Part shown: in pieces, positions 57,638-64,000 of the stretch
Position numbering within the stretch: the stretch's first letter is position 1
How the letters are laid out: each line of letters starts with the position of its first letter
Assembly (NCBI GenBank): GCA_963790305.1
Contig: CAWBOC010000009.1
Location: 832,001-896,000, forward strand
Length of the DNA: 64,000 bases
Direction: 5' to 3'
From: an uncultured Gemmatimonadaceae bacterium
GTDB lineage: Bacteria; Gemmatimonadota; Gemmatimonadetes; Gemmatimonadales; Gemmatimonadaceae
The notes under the pieces: model-generated
Told to the model about the DNA's origin: nothing
What the model saw: only the letters and a program-made list of their open reading frames with translations
The model's database searches: none
Made by a program: the position numbers and the translations under genes

Positions 57638-58612
57638 CTAACGTGCTGGTGCCGGCGTGAGCAGCACCTTTCCGCTCGTCTGCCGGCTCTCGAGCGCGCG
57701 ATGTGCCTCGGCCGCCTTGGCAAGCGGAATCGTTCGATCGATGCGAACGTTGATCGTTCCTTGCTCGACCCACCGAAAGAGCTGCTCACTGCGCTCCAAC
57801 AGCTCATCTCGCGTCGGCACGTAGTGCGCCAGCGTCGGCCGAGTGAGGTAGAGTGAGCCCTTCCTGCTGAGGACCAGGGGGTCGATGGGGCCAACCGCCC
57901 CGCTCGATTGGCCAAAGGAGACGAGCATCCCCCGCGGCGCCAGTGCGTCGAGACTGTCGTTGAACGTCGCTTTTCCGACAGAGTCGTAGACCACCGGCAC
58001 ACCGCGACCGGCCGTCCGCTCCTTCACCTCGGCGACGAAATCCGCGTACGAGACGACACGCTCCGCCCCCGCCGCACGCGCGCGCGCCTGTTTCTCGCTG
58101 CTCGATGCCGTGCCGATCACGTGCGCGCCTCGCTTCGCGCCCAACTGGCACAGCAAGAGCCCGACGCCGCCGGCAGCGGCATGCACGACACACCACTCGC
58201 CCGCCTTCAGCGCGTAGGTGGATGTCGTCAGATATTGAGCCGTTAGGCCCTGCAGCATTGCCGCCGCGGCAACCTCGGTCGACACCCCCGCCGGGATGCG
58301 CACCAGACGCTCGACCGGGGCAATGGCGAGCTCGGCGTACGTCCCGCGAAAGCTTTCGGAGACGACGCGATCGCCGATCGCGACCTCGCTCACGCCCTCG
58401 GCCACGGCGATCACCTCGCCAGCCGCTTCTGACCCCGGTGTAAAGGGAAGCGGTCGCGCGTACAATCCGGTACGCTGGTAGACCTCGATGAAGTTGACGC
58501 CCGCCGCGTCGACGCGAACCAGCGCCTCACCCGGACCAGGCGTTGGCGCGGCCACCTCCTCGAGCTTGAGGACGCTCGCGTCACCGGTTTGCCGAACGAC
58601 AATCGCTTTCAT
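57638..58612 (-). CDS. qor: NADPH:quinone oxidoreductase (zeta-crystallin/Qor)
   Basis: GVNFI..Y.R.G.Y, HAAAGGVG, VYDSVGK, KGSLYLTRP. Confidence 0.9.
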   Translation of the reverse strand: MKAIVVRQTGDASVLKLEEVAAPTPGPGEALVRVDAAGVNFIEVYQRTGLYARPLPFTPGSEAAGEVIAVAEGVSEVAIGDRVVSESFRGTYAELAIAPVERLVRIPAGVSTEVAAAAMLQGLTAQYLTTSTYALKAGEWCVVHAAAGGVGLLLCQLGAKRGAHVIGTASSSEKQARARAAGAERVVSYADFVAEVKERTAGRGVPVVYDSVGKATFNDSLDALAPRGMLVSFGQSSGAVGPIDPLVLSRKGSLYLTRPTLAHYVPTRDELLERSEQLFRWVEQGTINVRIDRTIPLAKAAEAHRALESRQTSGKVLLTPAPAR

Positions 58613-58632
58613 CGCTTGGTTCGCGGGGTTAA

Positions 58633-58790
58633 GGAACCGCAGATGGCCGCGTTCACTGCAACTGCATTTTGAACGCAGAGGACGCAGAGGGGCGCAGAGG
58701 ACCACAATGGCAGGAGCTTTTCAAATGCGTTCACCGTGCAATCCTCCGCGCCCTCTGCGTCCTCTGCGTTCAAAGAAATGCAGTTGCAGT
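58633..58790. repeat. family A hairpin (A4) with outer inverted repeat, preceded by a GxxExxY-type arm fragment
   Basis: GGAACCGCAGATGGCCGC at 58633-58650; ACTGCAACTGCATTT/AAATGCAGTTGCAGT outer arms; CGCAGAGG inner arms about 58668-58774. Confidence 0.92.
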
Positions 58791-58890
58791 TCGCTGCTGC
58801 CATTCGGCCAGTTTGGCGAAGCGTGAGCGGAAGAGGTTGCGCAACGATCCGCCCCACCACAACCTAGCTCCGCCAACAATCGGAGAGCCA

Positions 58891-59310
58891 ATGGGCCGCG
58901 CCATCGGTGGCATCCTGGTCGGAGTCGTGATCGCCGTCGCACTCGTGTTCGCGATCGAATCGGTCATCGGGCTCATCGTACCGGCACCCGCCGACTTCAA
59001 CATGCGCGATCCCGAGCAGGTTCGCGCACGCGTTGCGAGTATGCCCATGTGGGCGATCCTGCTCGTGCTGGTGGGATGGGTCGTGGGCACCGGACTCGGC
59101 TCCTTCGCCGCCGTGCGAATCGCGCGGACGACCAGACTATGGCCGGGCCTGGTCGTAGGCGCGATCGTCTTTCTCTCCACGCTCTACAACATCATGACCA
59201 TCCCGCATCCCATCTGGTTCGTCGGGATCTCGCTCATTGCCATCCCGGTCGCCAGCTGGCTGGGAGCGAAACGCGGGCGCACGGACGCAGCAGTGGCCGT
59301 TGCTGGATAA
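58891..59310 (+). CDS. small four-TM membrane protein
   Basis: four hydrophobic segments; IPHPIWF. Confidence 0.75.
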   Translation: MGRAIGGILVGVVIAVALVFAIESVIGLIVPAPADFNMRDPEQVRARVASMPMWAILLVLVGWVVGTGLGSFAAVRIARTTRLWPGLVVGAIVFLSTLYNIMTIPHPIWFVGISLIAIPVASWLGAKRGRTDAAVAVAG

Positions 59311-59486
59311 ACGTTAGGCGGCCCAACCGGTCAGGGTGCGCTCGCCGCGGCGCACTCCTCGTGCGGAACCTCCGCCACGGGGGGTTCTGCCACCTTCTTC
59401 CGCCTCTGACGCAACCCTTGCACTCCACCCCCTGCGCGGGGGTGGGACGCACGACATTGTCTCCCAACTGCTCTCGCGAGTCACGG

Positions 59487-61203
59487 ATGTCCGCTTCGAA
59501 GCTCCTGTGCGTCCTCGCCGTGCCAGCGATCGTCGAGGCCGCCGTCGCGCAGAACGCGCCATTCCTCAACATCAACCCATCGTGGTCGCCCGACGGCCGC
59601 TGGCTCGTCTTCGAGAGCCGACGACATGGCGACGCCGACCTCTACGTCATCGCGTCCGACGGAACGGGCGAACGGCGCCTCACGTGGAGCGATGGCGAGG
59701 ATACGCATCCCTCCTGGTCACCGGACGGGCAGACGATCCTGTTCGACTCGAGCCGCGACGGGACGTGGAACCTGTACGTCATTCGGCCGGACGGGACGGG
59801 CGAGCGTCGACTCACGCACCGGGGCGCGAGCAGCGCCGCGACGTTCGCGCGCCATCCCTCCTGGTCGCCGGACGGGCGACGCATCGCGTTCGATTCCGAT
59901 CGCGATGGAGATGAAGAAGTCTACGTCATGGACGCCGATGGCAGCCGCGTCGAGCGCGTGACGACGAGTCCAGGCCGTGATGGGCACGCGGCATGGTCTC
60001 GCGACGGACTGTCCCTGCTCTTCACCTCCGTTCGGAGCGGCAACCAGGACATTCTGGCTGCAGGATCTCATGACGCGTCGTGCGCGACCGGTGATGCCGA
60101 ACGCCGCCGCCGAGGGTGGTGCGCGCTTCTCGCCGGACGGGAGGCGCATCGCGTTCTACTCCGAGCGCGACGGCAACGGCGAGATCTACGTGATGAACGT
60201 CGACGGGACCGGCGTGCGGAATCTCACCGGACATCCCGACACGGTGTACGAGCTCGACTGGTCACCAGACGGCCGGCAGATCGCGTTCTACTCCGATCGA
60301 ACGGGTCGCTTCGAGCTGTATGTGCTCGCGGTCGACGGCGGGGCTCCTCGGCAGCTCACGAGCTCGACGTACAGCAATGCCTGGCCAAGCTGGTCGCCCG
60401 ACGGGCAACGCATTGTGTTCAGCTCGACGCGTGACGGTGACTGGGAGGTGTACGCCATGGACGCGGACGGCGCGAATCCGCAGCGCCTGACGAGCAGCCC
60501 GGGCCGCGATGCGCATCCAGCGTTCATGCCCGATGGCAAGCGCATCGTCTTCCAATCCCCGCGCGACTACGCCAGCCCGTCGGAGGTGGATCTGTACGTG
60601 ATGCACGTCGACGGTGGCAGGGAGCGACGGCTCGTTGCCGGACCTGGCTTCGATGGCGTCCCGGTCCCCTCGCCCGACGGCCGGTGGATCGCGTTCCAGC
60701 GCAGCCCCCTCCCGGCGGATGGCAAGTATCACTGGGACCTCTACCTCGTCGACAGCACCGGCGCATCCGAGCGTCGCTTGACCAGTGAGCGATGGAGTAG
60801 CCAGGTACCGAGCTGGACGCGGGATGGCAGGCAACTGGTCTTCTTCGCCGATCGCACCGGGCGCGAACAGCTGTACTTCATGAACGTGATGACGGGCGAC
60901 GTGACACCACTCCCCGCGAGCGCGGGCGACAGTCATTCACCCTCGGTGTCACCGGATGGCCGGCAGATCGCCTTCACCTCGACGCGTGATGGTCCGCTCG
61001 ACCTGTACGTGATGGACGTGAACGGCGCGAACGCGCGGCGCTTGACGACCAGCCTGCACGTGCAGGCGCAACCGAGCTGGTCGCCCGATGGCCGTCGCCT
61101 GCTGTTCTCCGCCGCCCTCAACGATGTCGCCGATGTCTACGTCGTGAACATCGACGGTACGGGACTCACGCGCCTGACGCGGGGGAGCGAGGGAATTCGT
61201 TGA
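59487..61203 (+). CDS. secreted TolB-like protein with about 12 PD40 repeats; +1 frameshift near 60052
   Basis: repeated PSWSPDG..I.F.S.RDG..D/E.YVM units continuing across two frames (SGNQDI|WLQDL). Confidence 0.82.
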
Positions 61204-61214
61204 GGGGGCTCCCG

Positions 61215-62456
61215 TCAGAGCTCCCGAATCTCCCGATAGTGCGAGAACGCCCACGCCGAGTACGCGAGCATCACCACGGCGCCGCCACCGATCGCCCACT
61301 GCACTCCGAACCGGCTCGCCACCATTCCGCCGAAGAGCTGCCCGATCGGGGAGAACCCAATGAACACGAGTGCGTAGGCAGCCATCACACGGCCACGGAA
61401 GCTGTCGGGCACGATCGTCTGCAGCAGCGTGTTCGAGACGGCGTTGTTGAGAATCATCGCGAATCCAACCGCCACCAGCAGAATCGCCGACAGCCATATC
61501 GACCTCGAAAGAGCAAGGGCGATCAAGAGAAGAGGAAAGGCATAGGCCGCGCGCTCGAGGAGCCACCCGCGTCGCGCGCCGCGACCGAACGTCGCCAACG
61601 CCAGCGCGGCCGCAATGGCGCCTATGCCGACGCAGGTCAGCAGGACACCGTAGCCGCTCGCGTCGGTCCGCAGGACATCGCGAGCCAGCACCGGCATCAG
61701 CACCAGATACGGAACGCCGAACACGGAAAACACCGCCACCAGTCGCATGAGCGCGGAGACTTCGCGCTTGCGCGACATGTAGACCAGCGCGCGCCAGACC
61801 TCTCGCAGGGGTGAGCTGCCCGTCAGGCGCGCCCGCACCTCGGGAAGCCGGATCGTCAACAATCCGATCAGCACCGCGAAGTAGCTCAGGGCGTTGATGC
61901 CGAAGCACCACGCGAGTCCCGCCTTGGCGATGATGACGGCAGCGATCGACGGCCCGATGATGCGCGCGAGATTGAAGCCGCTCGAGTTGAGCGCGATCGC
62001 ATCGAGCAAATCTTCCTTGCCCACCAGCTCGATCTGGAGCGATTGACGCGCCGGCACGTCGAACGCGCTCACCATCCCGGCGAAGGTCGCAAGGACGAGC
62101 AGTCGTGGCACCGTGATCAAGCCCGTCCACGTGAGCCACCACATCGACGCCGCCTCCACCAGCAGCAGCGTCTGCGTCACCCGGACGATGCGGAGCTTGG
62201 AGTATCGGTCGGCCATCACGCCGCCGAAGAGCGAGAACAGCAGGACGGGGAGATTGCCCACCGCGCCCACGAGTCCCACCATGAACGCGTCGTTGGTGAG
62301 CTCGAGCGCGAGCCATCCCTGCGCGACGTTGCGCATCCACGTCCCGATCAGCGAGACGGTGTAGCCGATCCAGAAGCGCCGGTAGTTCCGGTGCCGCTGG
62401 AGCGCGCCGAACGGATTCAACGATCGTGGTGGCGGGCCCTCCCCCTCCTCTCCCAT
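61215..62456 (-). CDS. MFS transporter (transmembrane secretion effector-like)
   Basis: SLIGTWM..VAQGWL, FDVPARQS, AIALNS..FNLARIIGP, RGRVM. Confidence 0.9.
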   Translation of the reverse strand: MGEEGEGPPPRSLNPFGALQRHRNYRRFWIGYTVSLIGTWMRNVAQGWLALELTNDAFMVGLVGAVGNLPVLLFSLFGGVMADRYSKLRIVRVTQTLLLVEAASMWWLTWTGLITVPRLLVLATFAGMVSAFDVPARQSLQIELVGKEDLLDAIALNSSGFNLARIIGPSIAAVIIAKAGLAWCFGINALSYFAVLIGLLTIRLPEVRARLTGSSPLREVWRALVYMSRKREVSALMRLVAVFSVFGVPYLVLMPVLARDVLRTDASGYGVLLTCVGIGAIAAALALATFGRGARRGWLLERAAYAFPLLLIALALSRSIWLSAILLVAVGFAMILNNAVSNTLLQTIVPDSFRGRVMAAYALVFIGFSPIGQLFGGMVASRFGVQWAIGGGAVVMLAYSAWAFSHYREIREL

Positions 62457-62494
62457 GGCTTGATTTTACCACGTCCGCCCGGCAAGGTCATCTC

Positions 62495-63776
62495 ATGCGG
62501 AAGCACACCTACTCGAAATTCTCCCCGGAGCTCGCCGACGCCGTCGATCTCCAGGCGCTGCTCGACAAGCTCGCCGACTTCCTCCTGCAGTCGGGCTTCG
62601 CCGGGGGGCGCCAATTCCATCCGTACTGGGGCGAGTTCGGCGGCGACGAGGATCGCTCCATGGAGGCGCTGCGCGAAGCGATCCTCAACGCGCTCATGGA
62701 GAGCGGGCAGTTCACCCCTGAGATGCTCGAGGCCCTTCGCGGCGACGGCTCGCCGGAGGCGCAGGCGAACCTCGCCAAGCTGCTCGACGAGCTGATCAAT
62801 CGCCTGATGGAGGAGGGCTACCTCACCGCCGATGCACCGCCGCAGGTACCGGCGAATCACGAAGCGGTCACCGGACCTGCCGGACTGGCCCGCGCCGCAT
62901 CACGCGATGTCCAGTTCCAGCTCACCGAGAAAGGCATCGACTTTCTCGGCTTCAAGACGCTTCGCAACCTCCTCGGGTCTCTCGGGAAGTCGAGCTTCGG
63001 CAGTCACGACACGCCCTACCTCGCCACGGGCGTCGAGGCCGACGCGGCCAGCAAGCCGTACGAGTTCGGCGACGTGCTCAACCTCGACGTCAACGCGACG
63101 CTGACGAACGCGCTTGCGCGCACCGGCGACATCCGCGTCCCGATCGACCTGGACTACAGCGATCTCATGGTACGGCAGGCCGAGTATCGGTCATCGTGCG
63201 CGACGGTGCTGATGTTCAGATACGTCGCACTCGATGATCCTGTACGGCGAGGACCGGTTCACGCCTGCGAAAAAGGTTGCCCTTGCACTGACCCATCTCA
63301 TCAGGACGCAATTTCCCGGTGACACGTTGCGCGTGGTCCTCTTCCACGATTCCGCCGAAGAGATTCCGCTCGCCGAGCTCGCACGGTCGCAGGTGGGGCC
63401 CTACCACACCAATACGGCCGAGGGGTTCAAGCTGGCGCGGCGGATTCTGCTGGGGCAGAAGAAGGATATGCGTCAGATCGTGATGATCACCGATGGCAAG
63501 CCCAGCGCGCTGACGATGCCCAACGGGCAGATCTACAAGAACTCGATGGGGCTGGACGCGATGGTCATCGCGCAAACGCTGCGCGAGGTGGCGCTTTGCC
63601 GTCGGGCGGGGGTGATGATCAACACCTTCATGCTGGCCCGCGACCGCGCGCTGGTGGAATTCGTGAAGCGCGTGTCCGAGATCAGCCGCGGCAAGGCCTA
63701 CTTCACCAACACCATGACGCTCGGTCAGTTCATCTTGATGGACTTTCTGCGGCGGAAGACGAGAAAGGTCTCGTGA
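62495..63776 (+). CDS. VWA domain protein; +1 frameshift near 63217
   Basis: ATVLM then [21 protein letters not shown] in the next frame (MIDAS DxSxS), YHTNT, ITDGKPS. Confidence 0.82.
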
Positions 63777-63780
63777 AGCA

Positions 63781-63859
63781 GAGGTGATCGAGGTCGTCAA
63801 GGATGTCGAGGTGACCGAGGCGACTTCACCTCGATCACCTCGACGACCTCGTCAACCTC
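63781..63859. repeat. family B hairpin (B5)
   Basis: GAGGTGATC GAGGTCGTC AAGGATGTC GAGGTGACC GAGG-CGACTTCA-CCTCGATCA CCTCGACGA CCTCGTCAA CCTC. Confidence 0.9.
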
Positions 63860-64000
63860 AGAAACTATTGTCGTTCGCGAGCGGGCAGCCCTTCTCGTTC
63901 AGCGTCTCGAGAGGGTTCTTGACGCTCTCGAAGTCACCGCTGGCGAATGCAGCCTGTACCTGGGCGATCACGTCGGCGGTCGACATCGGATAATCGACGC
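63858..64000 (-). CDS. 3' end of a hypothetical protein extending beyond the window
   Basis: open frame ..VDYPMSTADVIAQVQAAFASGDFESVKNPLETLNEKGCPLANDNSF*. Confidence 0.6.
   Translation of the reverse strand, partial: VDYPMSTADVIAQVQAAFASGDFESVKNPLETLNEKGCPLANDNSF

Noticed and set aside
56110..58002. 630-aa PhzF fusion protein
   Set aside because: The upstream extension overlaps qor, the DUF2231 gene and hairpin B4 in other frames; the real start is 57018.
59313..59319. GTTAGGC as an attC core site
   Set aside because: No matching inverse core or stem upstream; an isolated 7-mer is expected by chance.

Overview
High-GC, gene-dense bacterial chromosome segment. The gene content (exported HEAT-repeat operon, carboxypeptidase-domain TonB-type receptor, many small lipoproteins) suggests Gemmatimonadota, which is an inference. 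There are about 60 CDS: glcDEF-like oxidase, YgfZ, a divergent MurE, a molybdopterin oxidoreductase, an AAA/VWA pair split by ~50 kb, an AAC(3)-IV-like acetyltransferase, a chromate cluster lacking chrA, an ATP-dependent ligase, an ECF/anti-sigma/HEAT operon, xth, transporters and others. I saw no rRNA, tRNA, CRISPR, integrase or classical transposase. The most striking signal is non-coding: about 13 intergenic elements built from short tandem units (7-, 9- or 10-mers), mostly arranged as inverted arms, in at least four sequence families. One such pair of arms (30-bp inverted repeats, 29/30 identical) precisely encloses a GxxExxY PD-(D/E)XK-like gene. An 18-nt exact copy of that arm abuts one of the gene-less hairpins. 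Several hairpins sit next to gene scars: an internally deleted cysteine synthase, a duplicated receptor 3' end and a truncated lipoprotein. This suggests a REP/RAYT-like or MITE-like system driven by GxxExxY nucleases; the mechanism is a hypothesis. Five genes carry single +1 frameshifts that look like sequencing or assembly errors.
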